From NCBI RefSeq assembly GCF_036321535.1, contig NC_087447.1:42410001-42474000 (forward strand): a stretch of DNA of 64,000 nt. The letters are read 5' to 3'. The notes under the pieces are model-generated. The model worked only from the letters and a program-made list of their open reading frames with translations. It made no database searches and was not told the origin of the DNA. Below, one piece after another: positions 47,606-62,589 of this stretch. Numbering within the stretch: the stretch's first letter is position 1; the number at the start of each line of letters is the position of its first letter. The stretch comes from Camelus dromedarius. Taxonomy: Eukaryota. Made by a program: the position numbers and the translations under genes.

Positions 47606-50600
47606 AAGGATATCTTATTTAAAAGAAACAAAGAAAAAAGAAAAAAAGGCTATCTCTTCTCAAAGATGAAGTGGGTACAAAAAGTTTGATGAGCCAGTTT
47701 CAAACAGAGTCAATTTGAGCTAACCTTTTTATTTTCCTCTACAAGTCTGGTCAGTTCTGTGCAAATTCTCCCATGGTCATTTTAGAAAGACATCTCTGCT
47801 CTAAAGCTTAGGCTCCTAGCTGAAATGAAATTCAAATCCTGATAGCTTACCTCAAGCATCTGTGGATACTTACTGAGGTCCATGTGGGAGGGGGAGGTTT
47901 CCAAAGTTAGGTCATGTGTTTCCTTTTATAAGGTAGAGCAAATATGAAGTGAAGAAAAGAGACTAACACACAGAAAACAATTACAGAGCAACCCCAAGGC
48001 AGTTTAAAATTATATGCTAAATTTAGTTAGAGGGACTATATTCTTAAACCTAAGAGAACCCCACTTTACACTCCCTCAGGAGGTGAGGATCTCACTGAAG
48101 GTAAGTGGATTTTACTTTAATGACACTGTGGCCCTGCTCCTCTCTTCTTAGGAGGAAATCTTGAGTCACAGTGTTTGGTGCTTAAGTGAAATTCTCTTAG
48201 ATGCTGTTCAGCCCTTCCTTCCTTCCTTCCTAGATTATAAATAAAATTTTCTTTGCCTGAGGCCTCCTTTGGCAACACCCATTTCCAGTCCTATATCCTT
48301 TTATAAGCCTGTTTTTTGGCTAACTCTGGTGGAAGGTGTACTTGGACTTTGCTTGGGTCCTCAATTCCTGTTGTCATTCCTGGGTTTGAATTACTGTCAG
48401 GTGGTCTTAGAGGTCTCTCAGGAACCTAGCTGCACATAGAGGAACCTATATTTGATATGTTTTAGGTTCTGCTGGAAATGGCATAGGACCTAGTGAAAGA
48501 AAGAAAGCCTTCCCTTACACAAGCTGGTGACTTCTTATGGAATTCAGTGATTACACATAGGTTATTGTTGCCAAATTTTTAGATTTAGCTCTCAAAATTT
48601 ATTAAGTGAGGCAGATATTGGTCAAATATCTATGTTCCAGATGTTTTGTGAAGGCTGGTTTTAGGTTGGAGTGTATAGAACCCTGGATTGGGTTTATGAG
48701 TGTCAGAGTCCTGTCATGGTGAAAATGAGCATGTGACAGCTCTCAAGCTGTCTGCAGTACGTTTCTGAGGGGCCAGGTATGGCTCTAGGAAATTAGATGG
48801 GAGCAGCTGTAGTTTAGACGATCAAATTTCTAAAATGTTACACTTAGGATATTTGCTTGATTGTCATCCATGGGATCTGTCATAGTTTCCTGTTAAAAGA
48901 GAACCAGGTTAGTAATTTTTTTCTGTTCATTCGTGTGATCGGTAGGTTAGGTCAAAATTTTGCTAGGCCATCTGTGGTCTACTTTATGGACTGAACTAGC
49001 TACATTAGTCTAAAATGTTTTCATGAAGTGCTGAGAGGACTTGAGCAGGGAGAAGATATGTGGAGATTTGTCTAATGAAGCTTCATTCCTCTGTGAGTGT
49101 GGGATTCCTTGTTTTCTAAACTATTGCTAGTTGGCAAAATATGAGTGTGCATTTATTTATATTGGTCACAAAATAAAAAACTGTCAGAACTAGATCTTAG
49201 CTAGTCTAGCCACCACTTTTGACAGATGGTAATGATTAATACTTGCCAATGACTTTATAGTTTTTAAACAGTTTTTTTTAATATTTTCAGCCCCACTTGA
49301 AATACATTTTTTTTTTTTTTTTTGTCCAGTGTCACCCAGAAAGTTAGAAGGAACTGTTAGAATCCAGGTCTTCTGTCTGCTGTCTCACCATTGATGAGAT
49401 TATTCTTTTAAAATGATAGATTTGGGAATACTGAAGCAATATCTTAATCACTGAATAACAGAGCTGTGATGTGGCCTTTTTGATTCAGTCCCCAAACCAC
49501 AATGCAGTAGAGGAATCTCTCAGGAGAGAAGCCAGGTCATTCGTTTTTTGAATTGTAGTTAAGGCTGGTTGTTCTTTCATACTTTTTTTTTCCCCCTGGC
49601 TCTCCACACTTAACAATTCTGAAAATGTCTTTCTTAGACCGAATAGTTACTGGGCTTTGTTTCTAAGAAGCTCTCTTTTTTGTGTGACTGTTTCAGGATG
49701 TTTTACGCTTTTTGAGGCCTGTTTTCTTTGAAGAGGCAAGAAAATGATTTGCATTTGCTAACCTCGGAAATCCCTCAGTGTAGCCTGCAGTTTGCATCTT
49801 TTTTGGTTGTAGTTTGGGTGCTGCCTGTGACTTCTGATTTACCATATTCTTTATAATGAAAGGGTATGAGAAGCAACTAAGAAACTCAGGATTTTTAAAG
49901 TCCTGAAGACAAAGAGGAAATGATTTAGAAATAATAGCCATAAACCATGATTTATAAGTGGATAAACCAATTTATAACAAATTACATTTATTAAAAAATA
50001 TATAGAACTACTTTCCAGGAATGTCAGAAGAGATGGTTCCTTTCTCAATTGTGTCATTTCTGATGTCCTTTTCTTTCTTTGTTTTTGTAGTTTTAGAGTA
50101 ATGGCTCTCTAACAATGTTTTAGCCTAGTTATGAAGATAGGTATTAATTATTGTTATGTTGTTGAAGAAAACCAGAGATTTTATTTTGGGTAAGTTAGGT
50201 GTCTCTTGTTTTCCCCAGAGTCTTTATTTGACAATGACCATTAAAATTTTAATTTTTTTCCTGATTATAAAAACCATAGGTCATTATAAAAATGAAAACA
50301 TTACAAAGTTATGTTATAAACTCCTCTTGTCCAAGAGTCTGGTAGGCAAATTTATTAGCTTTGCTAGAAGTGCTTTACATTGTAGATATTTGATAAAGAT
50401 TTGTATTAATTATGAAAAGATAAAGGCTCCTTATTCAGATTTTCAAGGAATTGTATGTAACCATGTTTTTTTTTCCCCCTGATATAAGGCATTGTACTTT
50501 ACCTTTTAGAAATTAAATAAGTAAAACTTCTACAGCTTTTGTAAGTGCTGAGTAATAAAGAATGTGGAGGTCTATAGAAGAGAGGAATAGGATAGGATTG

Positions 50601-53600
50601 TTTTCCCATACTCAGTTGGTTATTTGGGGTTATTGCATTACTTAAACTTGCGTTTTCTGGATGATTAATGAAGTTGAGTACCTCTCAAAAGTTTATCAGA
50701 TACTGGTATTTCCTCTTTTTAGAAGTATCCAAGTTTTGCCATTTTTCTTTTAGGTTTTTTTCTTTTTTTCCACTCATTGATTTAATTGAATTCTTTATAT
50801 TTTCTAGATATGAGTCTTTTGTCAGTTATATGTATTGCAGATATCTTCTTGTGATTTGTGTGTTTCCTTTTCATTCTCTCAATGATAACTTTTGATGAAC
50901 ACAAGCTTTTAGTTATAATGTAGTCCATTTTATCAGTTTTCTCTATGCTTCATGCCTCTTCTGTTCTGTTTAAGATATTTTTGCTATTGCAGGGTCACAA
51001 GGATGTTCTTTCTTTCTTTTTAAAGCCTTTATTGTTTTACCTTTCCCATTTAGATCTGCAATCCCAGAGCGAACCCTCTTAAACACTATGCTATCACACT
51101 ATTCTGTACTGCCTCAAAAAGCTCCCCTACCTTTTTTTGTATGAGTGTGTGCCATTTATCAGTATTATCTACAGAGTGAAAGAGAAACATTTCTGTTGCT
51201 CTCACAGCTGGGCCTGAAGTACAACAAGGCTTTGATATAACCAATACAGTGCTTTTAACACACATTTAGTAAAACAAATCCTAGTCTTTGTTCTTGGATT
51301 TAGTACCAATTGGTAAAATTTTAGTGGTTGAGGAAACTGCTAAAACAAATTGTTACTATAAAAAGTCTTAGAGGTAAAGATAACTTTCTTCTGTTATTGA
51401 GGGTAACCTGACAGGAGGCTCCCAGATTCTTATATCTCCTTTGTGCTCTGGAGAGAGTGTTGTGTGCTTCCTTATTATAAGCTGTGGTTTGAAATTTGGA
51501 CTTAGAAACATGTGAGTGTTCTTGATACAGCCATCTTTGCTGTTCTGTGAAGCTGATATATGTTGTCACTTTCATGCAGTAGAGGCTTCCTTCTTGAGAA
51601 ACATTTGGGAATTGCCAGGACATTTCTGTGTCTTGTTTTTATGGTTAAAGATTTAGAGGTGACTCTTGCTTGTATGGCTGTTTCCTTTTTTTTTTTTTTT
51701 CACCTCTCATGCTCCATGTAAGTATGTCCCATATGCTTTACATGTATTTACACACAGTCTATCAATAGACCTATGAAATATGTATAATTATCCCCATGTC
51801 ACAGATGAGAAAACTGAGATTTATGGAAGAGAGTCACTGGGCATGTTACTTAAAATTCAGCAACACGTGCAACTAGTATTTGAATCTATATTTGCCTGTC
51901 TTTAAGTCCTATTTCTTCCACTATAGCATCTGTGCTATAGGATATACTGCAGTACCTTCCTAGCTTCATCTGGATGAGAGGTTTGTTCAGATTTGTGAGG
52001 CCTGTCTGCCTAGAGAATGAGATAGTTTACTCAAGTGTGTTCATGAATTCTGGGACCAGTTGGTTTTGAATGGTAAATTTTTATGTCTGTATAGCACTTA
52101 GCATAGAGCTATGTGCTGCACAGTAGGAACTCAATCAGGATTGATAGACAAATTGCTTGAGTGTGGAATAATGCGATAATGTAGCAGAATGGCTGAGTGT
52201 GGGGTAGACAGGTTCTCTATCCTATGGTGAGTGAATGGGGAAAACATCACTCTGATTGTACTTATATTTATAGCTTGGATTTGTTGAGAGGATGTGAGTA
52301 TGATGTGAGGTTTTGTATGAATTGTTTTGATTAAATGTATTGCACATTTAGTAAATATCTGTGCGTTGATATTTTGATGAATTGTGGGAATATTTTCACC
52401 TTGAGAGATTATTAAAATTTTTGGCTTGACACATTTTCTTCTCTTTCAGTGGTAGCAGAAGTGTATTCATTTTCAGAATTCTCCTTTAGCCTCATTCTGT
52501 AATAGATTTGTTAGTTTGGTTTCTGCTGCTGTGGTAAGAACTGTTATAATTAGCATTTCTGCATCCTCTAACACTTTTATGGATTTGCTTCAAAGAACTC
52601 CTCCCTCCACCCCCCAAAAAAAGCTTTTGTTGTGCTAAATATTTCTTCAAAAATGGCATTTTATGCTGGGCAATCTCTAAATGTGAAATTCCAAATAACC
52701 ACATTTGAAAAAAATATCTGCAAGACTGAAATGGCACCAGAAGCTTTTTTGCCCCATTGTCGTGGTAAATTATCTATAGATTGGAGAGGATATAACTGAA
52801 TTGGTAAGAGGAGACTGAAACCTGAGATCATTAAGCATTTATGTAGGAGCATTTAATTCCTCTGAGTGAATTCAAGTCTCCTGACCCAAATTACTTGAGT
52901 ATTTTAGTATAAATAAACCTACTTGAGTTCTGAAAGAATTTTGGGGTGATTATCATTTAGTCACTGTCAGTAACCTTTAAGGAATCATGGACTTACTGCA
53001 AGACATATTTTCAAGACTGAGAAGAAGTGACACATTTCTAGTCAATCTAGAATGGTTTATTAAGGCTATAGTATGAAGATATAGAAAAGGAAGCTGTGAT
53101 TATTAGAAGTCAACACAGACCCACTGAAAGTATGTTCAGTCAGACTTGCCACATTTTCTTTATTAGGGGAGTAGACTGGTAGAGGAGGGAAATACCATTT
53201 TTTGATTCAAGAATGTTTTGAACGGAATGATTAGGATATAGTTGGGGATAAGAGATTTGAGCTGTATAATGAAACAGGTGGTACAAAAGTAGAAGTATTA
53301 GAAGGGAGATATGACTTAATAGCAACACAAAAATATGAGACTTTTAGTTGGATGCAAGTTTGACTTATGGCAAAAGTGTCGTTTGGTTGACAAAAAGTTG
53401 TGATTTTACCTTGCATTAATAGAGAGATATTATTGAAAAAGAGAGTGGATAGTACTGTTTTAAAAGATGTTAGTTAGACCACACCTAGACAGAATGCTGA
53501 TTTCAGTTCTAGGAGCTAGGGTGGGAACTGAAAATGTCATGTGAACTACATTCAAAGGAGTAGATTTGTTTTATGACCAGTAAATGGCTCTCACAATAGC

Positions 53601-53635
53601 TCCCACAGAAGAGTTTCAGAAGAACTCAGAGATGG

Positions 53636-55248
53636 AGAAATCTGTATGGAAACACAAAAGTCCCAGGATAGCCAAAACAGTCTTGAGAAAGAAGGATGGA
53701 GCTGGAAGAATCACAGTCCCTGATTACAGACTGTACTACAGAGTTACAGTAATCAAAACAGTATGGTACTGGCACAAAAACAGACATGTAGATCAATGGA
53801 AGAGGACAGAAAGTCCAGAAATAAACCTACTCACTTATATCAATTAATCTACAATGAAGGAGGCAAGAATATACAGTGGAGAAAAGGATCTTTTCAATAA
53901 ATGGTACTGGGAAAACTGAACAGCTACATGTAAAAGAATGAAATTAGAACATTCTCTAACATCACATACAAAAATAAACTAAAAATGGATTAAAGACCTA
54001 AATATAAGACTAGATACTCTAAAACTCCTAGAGGAAAACATAGGCAGAACACTGTTTGACATAAATTGCAGCAGTATATTTTTGGGTAAACCTCCTAGAG
54101 TAAGGGAAACAAAAGCAAAATAAACAAATGGGATCTAATCAAATTTACAAGCTTTTGCACAGCAAAGAAAACCATAAGCTAAATGAAAAGACAACGTATG
54201 GAATGGGAGAAAAGATTTGCAAATGATGCAATCGACAAGGGAATTTCCAAAGTATACAAACAGCTCATACAGCTTAATATCAAAAAACCAAATAACCCAA
54301 TCAGAAAATGGGCAGAAGACCTAAATAGACATTACTCCAAAGAAGAGATACAGATTGCTAACAGGCACATGAAAAGATGCTCAACATTGCTAATTATTAG
54401 ATGAATGCAAATCAAAACTGCAGTGAGGTACCACCTAACACCAGTCAGAATGGCCATCATCAAAAAGTCTACAACTAATGAACGCTGGAGAGGGTATGGA
54501 GAAAAGGGATCCCTCCTACATAGTTGATGAGAATGTAAATTGGTGCAGCCATGATGTTTTTAGTTTTTTTAAGGAAAAAAACTAAAAATAGAGTTATCAT
54601 ATGATCCAGCAATTCCATCCCTGGGCATATATCTGGAAAAGATGAAAACTAATTTGAAAAGATACATTCACTCCAGTGTTCATAACAGCACCACTTACGG
54701 TAGCCAAAACACAGAAGCAACCTAAATATCCATTGACAAATGAATGGATGAAGAAAATGTGGTACACACACACACACACACACAATGGAATATTACTCAG
54801 CCATAAAAAAGAATGAAATAATGCCATTTGCAGCAGCATGGATGGACCTAGAGATTATCCTACTAAGTGAAGTAAATCAGACAGAAAGACAAATATATGA
54901 TATCACTTATATATGTAATCTAAAAAAATGATACAAATGAACTTATCTACAAAACAGAAACAGACTCACAGACATAGAAAATAAATTTATGGTTACCAAA
55001 GGGGAAAAGGGTGGGAGATAGATTAGGAGTTTGGGATTAGCAGATACACACTACTTTATATAAAATAGGTAAGCAACAAGGACCTACTGTATAGCACAGG
55101 GAACTATATTCAATATTTTGTAATAACCTATAATGGAAAAGAATCTGAAAAAGAATAGGTATATATATGCAGAACTGAATCACTTTGCTGTGCACCTGAA
55201 ACTAACACAATGTTGTATATCAACTATTTATGTCAATTTAAAAAAAAG
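53636..55248 (+). mobile_element. 5'-truncated L1 (ORF2 3' part, 3'UTR, poly-A), sense-oriented in DENND5A intron 1
   Basis: ORF2 motifs [51 protein letters not shown] and [27 protein letters not shown], with frameshifts and stops; A-tail near 55240; (CA)n at 54764. Confidence 0.92.
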
Positions 55249-58084
55249 TTGGGGAAACATAAAATAAGCAAGAGTATACCAGATAGACTATGAAAAAATA
55301 ATAGTGGGGGAAAAAAGAGAAATGGTGGTATTTGACTGCAATAGCTTGAATACTGTCTACTGCCACTATTGCCTCTATAAATAACTATTGCAGGAAAATT
55401 GCTACCCTGTTAGTCATTCTGCTAGGGTCCTCATTTTAGCAGACCTAATGATTTTCTAGGAAAAGGAGGATCACTGTTTGTAGGGTTGTTGAACTAAATG
55501 GAACTGATTCATTTTCAGAGTCTGTCTAGGCAAGAGAGTATGAGAGACGTAGAAGACAATGGACATTAAGAAGGTGGAGAGAAAAAATTGACATAGCATT
55601 TGCTCCTTAGGCTCTTTCTAAGAAGCTTTTCATCTAAACCTTTGGCAGCAGTGGCAGCTTTTAGTCTTGATTTTCTTCCAAGGACCGATAGAAGGCCCAG
55701 GCCTCATGTCTGCATGTGCATTTTACTAAGCTCAGTTACTGGCAAACTGGGTTGGGCTCCCAGTTTAACCCCATTTATTATTCTCTCTGGACCTCTATCA
55801 AGAGAAGTCTCGGAGGGGCCATCTTTTCCCTAACTACTGAAGGATAGGACAGCTTGGACATTGATGGTGCTTGGTGCAGGAAAGGATCCAGGAGATTTGG
55901 GTTGCTTTAGTTGGGGAGGAACCCTCTCATGATCTGTGAGTTGAGGATACTGCTCTGTATCACAGCAGAGAACTTGGGATTTTATTCCTTTTTAGGCTCC
56001 TGATGAAGATTACTTACTCTTAGTTGTTTTTCTTACACCAAGATTGTACTTCTTGACTGCTCTAAATTCTAAAGTTCTAAGAGACATCCACTTTAATGTA
56101 GTAGATGTAAAGAACTTTGGTTGGGGTGTCTGGAGGGGTTTCTAATCCCATTTTGCCTTATACCCATTGGTGACTTATTATCTCTGAGCCAGTTTCCTTA
56201 TCTGTAAAATCAGAGGGTTGTGGTGATTAATGGAATAATATACTATGTGAAAGTATTTTCAGTGGATTTTAGTGGTGTATGTATTTTTCCTTTTTCTTTT
56301 TTTGCATTCAAGGTTTCTTATTCCATATAATGCAAAGAGGGGAGGAAATGTGCAGAGAGTGTGTGGACAATTATGAGATGTTTTGGTTCATGAAGTTGAC
56401 CTTTTGAGGAGGAATGCTTTTAGTTTTCTAAGACTTAAAGAAGACACATAAAAAGCTCTGACAGGGCTTTAAGGAAAAGATCTATGTTTTCCTCTTTGGA
56501 AATTTTTGCAAAAACACAGAGAAAGGGGGAATTGGGTGAGTAGAAAGCTGGAAAGAAGGAAATTGTTGTCTTGAAATTTTATTTTTGAGAGGACCCTGCT
56601 TTACTCATTTGTGGTAATCTGGGAAGGCAGAAAGTTTCTGTCTCAGGTTGGAAACTAAATCGAGTCTTGGTAGATTTTTCACTATAAGGTAGTACTGGGT
56701 TATGAGTTTACATCCTTTTTTCTCCCAAGAGGGATTTTAGTAACAAGGCAGGTTATTCCCCTTTTTGCTGTCAAGGAATAATGTAGCTATGCAAATCCTT
56801 TGTAGGTGATGAGTCAGGACTCCTACAGTTGTTTTGGCTTTGAGTTAAATTTAAAGTTTTGTTCATTTCAGTTTTCAAATATTGAAATGTTAATATTGTG
56901 TAACTATTTTAATACATGTTTCTTTGGTTTAATAGGAGGACATGACATATTAGTCTTTTAGTATTCACCTTTAAACTGGTGCATATAAATAGGAAGAGTT
57001 TTTTTTAGTAGTCTACATCCTTGTACTGTAACAGTGTTAAGACATCTAAGTTGTTGCAGTATAGAAATTAGGAATTAAATTAGTATTCTAAATCCTAATT
57101 TCAAAAAGTCTCTTCTTTAGCAGCTTGAGAGAAATGTGCTATTAAATTATTCATATTTTTTAGTATAATCTCTTTATCTTGAGATCATACATGTTCATTG
57201 TGGGAAATTTAGAAAATATAAAAAAGTAAAAGGAAAAAAATAGCAGTCATCCATAGTCTAGCCTTGTAGAAGTACCATAACCATGTTTAGTATTTTGTAT
57301 ATTTCCTTCCAAAACTTTTTCTGTTATTGTTTTAAAATATATTGTAAGCAAACTATCATTTTTTGCAGTTTATAGAAAAGTTACATCATAGGTACTTAAG
57401 AATGTATATTTCTTTACTTCTTTTAATGTTCCTTGTTCTGATTTTAATTTTTTCTATAATTTTTCTCACATATGCCATCTTATTTTTTGAGATAGGTAGA
57501 ACATAAATCATAAAATTTAAAAAACCCCACTATCTTCAGTATGTCTTAAGCTCTGTGGAGTAAGCTATCAAGTTTCATCTGAACTCATATTCACTAGGCT
57601 TCTTGAGTGCTTTAACTGTGCCTCTGTTTCCTTTCTTTCCTTTTATTTCCACATGATTGTATCTAGTTATAAAACTGTATTAATCTTCTTTATTACTCTC
57701 TTCATTTCTTCTCTGTGATTTGCATCATGCAAAAGATTCTTTTTGTTATAGGAGTTTGTGTGGTTAGTCTCTTGGGTGAGGCGTGTAATGGATATCTTAA
57801 AGCAGTGGCTTATCATAGTTTTTGCTTCAAAGATCCCTTTGAGAATTTGATACAAACAATGGATCCTTACCTTAGCTCCATCAATCTGGATTATTTGAAA
57901 TCTTGGCTTGCTAGGCCTTGCACAGCTAAACCTTGGGATGTCCCTTTGTCTTGGAGTTATCCTTTGCCACACTGTCTTGTGATAGATCTCGTTTCCTACA
58001 TCCCATATGAACAGTTCTTGGTTAATTTTAGTTTTGGCAGAGAACCTTTTAAGTTTCCACAAGTGTTGTTATTTTATGTCTCTC

Positions 58085-59600
58085 TGTTTTTTTTTTTTTT
58101 TAAACAACTTTATTGGAGATATAAATTGCATACCATGAAGTCCATATCCCCCACTGCAGGCAACCACAAATCTACTTTCTGTCTCTGTAGATCTGCTTAT
58201 TCTGGACATTTTGTTTAAATGAGATATAATTTAAAAAACCTTTTTGATAAACTTTTTATTTTAGAATAGATTTAAATTTACAGAAAAGTTGTGAAGATAG
58301 TACAGGGAATTCCTATATACTCCACAACCGGTTTCCTGTAATAGTATTTTGCATTAGTAGGGTACATTTGTCACAATTAGTGAGTCAATATTGATACATT
58401 ATTATTATTAATTAAAGTGTGAGTCTGTTTTCATCCACTGTGCTAGATCTTTGAAGTGAACTTTCAATTTGGAAATTCATGCCCTTCATTTCTGGGAAAA
58501 AAGGAAAAAATAAAATTATTTTATTGATAAGAACTTCCCCTTTATTTTCTCTGTTCTCTCTTTATGGAATTCTGTTATTTGTATATTAGACTTCCTGGAC
58601 TGACTCCCTACTTTATTCATATTCTTAGTTTTTGCCTAACTCTTTTTATGTTCCAGGAAACAGTTTTTCAGGCTTTTTTTCTTTCTTTTTTTTTTTTTTT
58701 AACTTTTTTTTATTGATTTATAATCATTTTGCAATGTTGTGTCAAATTCCAGTGTTCAGCACAATTTTTCAGTTATTCATGGACATATACACACTCATTG
58801 TCACATTTTTTTCTCTGTGAGTTATCATAACATTTTGTGTATATTTCCCTGTGCTACAGGCTTTTTTTTCTTTTTGATGATTTTGGTAGTTTTGAAGAAT
58901 ATTAGTCAACTGTTTTGTAGAATGTCCCTCAGTTGGGATGTGTATGTTTTTCCTTGATTAGACTGAGATGATGGTTTACATAGGTAAAATGTCATTTTCA
59001 TCATATTATATCAAGAAGGCATACATACTCTCAACATGATTTATCATTGTTAATATTAATCTTGATCACCTGGTAGTGTCTGTCAGATTTCTCCAATGTA
59101 AAGTTACTCTTTTTTTCCTATGAGTAGCCCATAGTTAAGGAGTAGGGAGTTATTTTCCACTTCTTGAGAGCTGAGTATCTACATAAATTATTTGGAGTTC
59201 TTCTGCACAGGAGATTTGTCTGTTCTCCCTCTATTTAATCATCTATTTATATTAGGATGGACTCATGATTTTTATTTTATTCTTTGGGTTATAATTCAAC
59301 TTGTTTATTTTGTTGTTCAGATTTTTCTAGATTTGGCCCTTGGGGGATCTTTCAGTTAGCTCTTGTGTCTCTTTGACATGTCCCCATCATTGTGGGGTTT
59401 TTTGAGCACTTCCTTACCTTCTGCCACTACAAGATGCTCCAGGCTAATCCTGTATATTTTCTGCTCAGTTAAAGAACCAGCCATTTCTCTAAGCAGCCCT
59501 GTTTGTTCGTTTGTTTGTTTTAATGAGAATGATATTAGAAACCAAGATCTGGGTTTAGTTGTCCTTATTGTTACTGGAGTTTTGTTTCTTCTAGGCCCTA
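58085..59600 (-). mobile_element. Cluster of nested antisense L1 3' fragments
   Basis: Several T-tails followed by L1 3'UTR motifs, e.g. 'ggcaaccacaaatctactttctgtctct', 'tttacagaaaagttgtgaagatagtacag', 'caagatgctccaggctaatcctgtatattt'. Confidence 0.7.
58684..58856 (-). mobile_element. Young, heavily 5'-truncated L1 3' end
   Basis: Long T-tail then 'tattgatttataatcattttgcaatgttgtgtcaaattccagtgt...tttccctgtgcta'; flanked by the CAGGCTTTTTTT duplication at about 58669 and 58857. Confidence 0.7.
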
Positions 59601-60121
59601 TGATAGAATTTTTGAAGTTTTCTTTTTTCTGCATAATTTTCTGTTTTCTCGAAGTTGCACTGATTGATTGATTGGCTAGAGGTATTTTTCTTTAATCTTA
59701 GAGTCTCTTCCCAAATGCCTCATGATCTCTGGCTATACATTTACATTTAAGAATAATGCACCAATGATTGGGAAGCTCTGTTCATAGGTGGGGTTCAATT
59801 ACTGAGAGGTTCACTATAAAATGATTTGGCTGCATAGTTTCTTCCTTGTACCATTGATATCACTAGGTCTTTTTTTCATGGGCTGGTTAAATTCACCTAA
59901 AAGGCTCCTCTAGAACTCTGTTTTGAGGGCATAATCTTAGCTGCCAACTTTCTGAGAGCCAAGTAGTGGAAGAGCACTGAGGATCTCAATGTGAAGTATG
60001 TAAACTTGCTCTTATTTCCCTATTTTTAGAGTGATACTCTTGCTCTCAGCTGTGTCTGGTTTCCTAGCTGTTAATGCTTGATACCTCAACTGTGCAATCC
60101 CAAGTATAGACATCCATTCTT

Positions 60122-60925
60122 CTTTTTTTATTTTTAATTGTGATATAATTGACATGTAATGTTGTATTGGTTTTAGGTGTACAGCATGATTTGATATATG
60201 TATATATGGTGAAATGATTACCATAAGTCTATTACCAGTTAGTTTTTTCTTATGATGAGAACTTTTAAGATTTACTCTCTTAGCAGTTTCAAATATAGAA
60301 TACAGTATTGTTAACTATAGTCACAATGCTGCTCATTACATCCCCAAGACTTATTTATCTTACAAACTGAAAGTTTGTACCTTTTTACCACCATTACCCA
60401 TTTACTCACCCGACTCATTTTTAAATTTATCTATTGGGAAAAATAAACTTTCAGTTTTCTTTTGAAATGGAGGAGGCCAGATGGAATGGGAAGGGTATGG
60501 GGTAGGGTGGGGTTCAACTGGTTCTTTTTTTTTCTTATTGACATATATATGTAATTCATGTAACATAAATGTGCCATTTTAAAGTGTACAGTTCAGTGGT
60601 TTTTAGTGTTGATTCACGGTGTCACACAACCATCACCACTATGTAGTTCCAGAACATATCCATCATCCCAAAAGAAACTGCATATGTGTTAGCAGTTAGT
60701 CCCCTGGCAACCACTTTCTTTTCTATGAATATGCCTATTCTGGACATTTTATCTATATGAAATTATGCAATATGTGGCCTTTTGTGTCTGGCTTCTTTCA
60801 CTTAGCATAATGTTTTCAAGGTTCATTTGTGTTGCAGCATGTAACAGTACTTCATTTCTTTTTATGGCCGAATAATGTTCCATTGTGTAGTTATACAACA
60901 TTTTGTTTATCTATTCATGAGCTGA
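60122..60925 (-). mobile_element. Two antisense L1 3' fragments
   Basis: 'gatataattgacatgtaa..aggtgtacagcatgatt..ttaactatagtcaca' and 'aagtgtacagttcagtggtttttagt..ctattctggacattt..ggcttctttcacttagcataatg'. Confidence 0.8.
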
Positions 60926-62156
60926 TGCCAGCTGGTTCTTAAATAGACTTTCAGCCAATCCTTCTGTTTTTAGCCCCATCTTAATCCCTACTTCCATAAG
61001 CGCCTAATGCTACAAGTTCCTGAGCTTTTTGGAGGTTATGTTGTATCTTATTTATCTCAAGTCTGCTGTCAGTAACCATTCATCCATCTGCTTTCCACCT
61101 TCTAAAATTTTGTTGATTATTACCTTGACTTTCATTCTTTATATTTATACAGCCCCATTTCTACTGCTGTTTTAGTGGGATTTTGGGGAGGGAGAGGCAG
61201 CAGAGGGAGAACTAATGTGTGCCTTCAGTTCACAATTTGAAAGGTAGAATTTCTATGCTCAGCCAGACTCTATAGACGCAACAGTCATTAAGTCATGAAA
61301 TGATTGAGCTGGAAGAACCTTTGCAGATCACCAGCTAGTCCTCTACTTCTGTATCTTTCAGGTGAGGAAAGTGAGACCCACAAGACTCAGATTATTTAGG
61401 GTCATGCAACTAATAGCCAAGGTGAGACCTTAAACATGTTTTCTTCCTCCTAGATTAGTTGTTTACATTCAATTTAGGCCGATTGTTTTAAACTTTGGTA
61501 TTGAGGAGAGCATGGAGACCATTGCTCAGACGTGTCCTCTGCTACTTCTTACTTAGAGATCCCAGTCCAGTGGGTTTGCCTCAGCCCAGTTTTCTGGAGG
61601 GCCCAGCTTTTAGAGAAAAGTATACATGTATAGCCTCTGGGAGCCCTCAGTCTATTTAAAACAGTATGTGTATTTCCGCCTCACCAGTGTGGGTTCATTA
61701 GACTGTTCTGAAAGACCATGAATTTGGCAGTTTGTTGCTTCCCCTACCAAACAGAGGAAATTACGTTACTAAATTCAAGAGATTAGCTCAACAGATGTAC
61801 ACCTTGCATGGTATTTGGCTGGGCTGAGGGGGGAGTATATACATTTGATACCTTGCTACCAAAGTTCTGTCTTAGCTATCTATGATTTGGAGCAGTCCTA
61901 TCTGGATAGGTTTTCAAACCTCAGTCTCTTGTTAAAACTGGGTCCATGAGAAGTTCAGCCATTTTAGAAATACTAGGTGCATGAGTTGGACTAGGTATGG
62001 TGCCTGGAAAATGTCAAGGAGACAAAGCATCGGTAAAAGTAATGGCCGTATACACAAATCTAAAGTTATCTGACGAAGAAAATATGTTGAGAAAGAAAGT
62101 GAACAAATCTGCCTCAAGGGGAACACACAGAGGGAACAGATGGTTTCTATTGCTCT

Positions 62157-62589
<433 letters not shown>

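Noticed and set aside
53584..54839. ORFs resembling reverse-transcriptase-related protein
   Set aside because: Frameshifted fragments of a truncated L1 ORF2; not an active element or a host gene.
57667..58218. Overlapping 167-aa and 131-aa ORFs in DENND5A intron 1
   Set aside because: No recognisable domain; the 167-aa ORF has a non-ATG start and its 3' part runs into an L1 tail.
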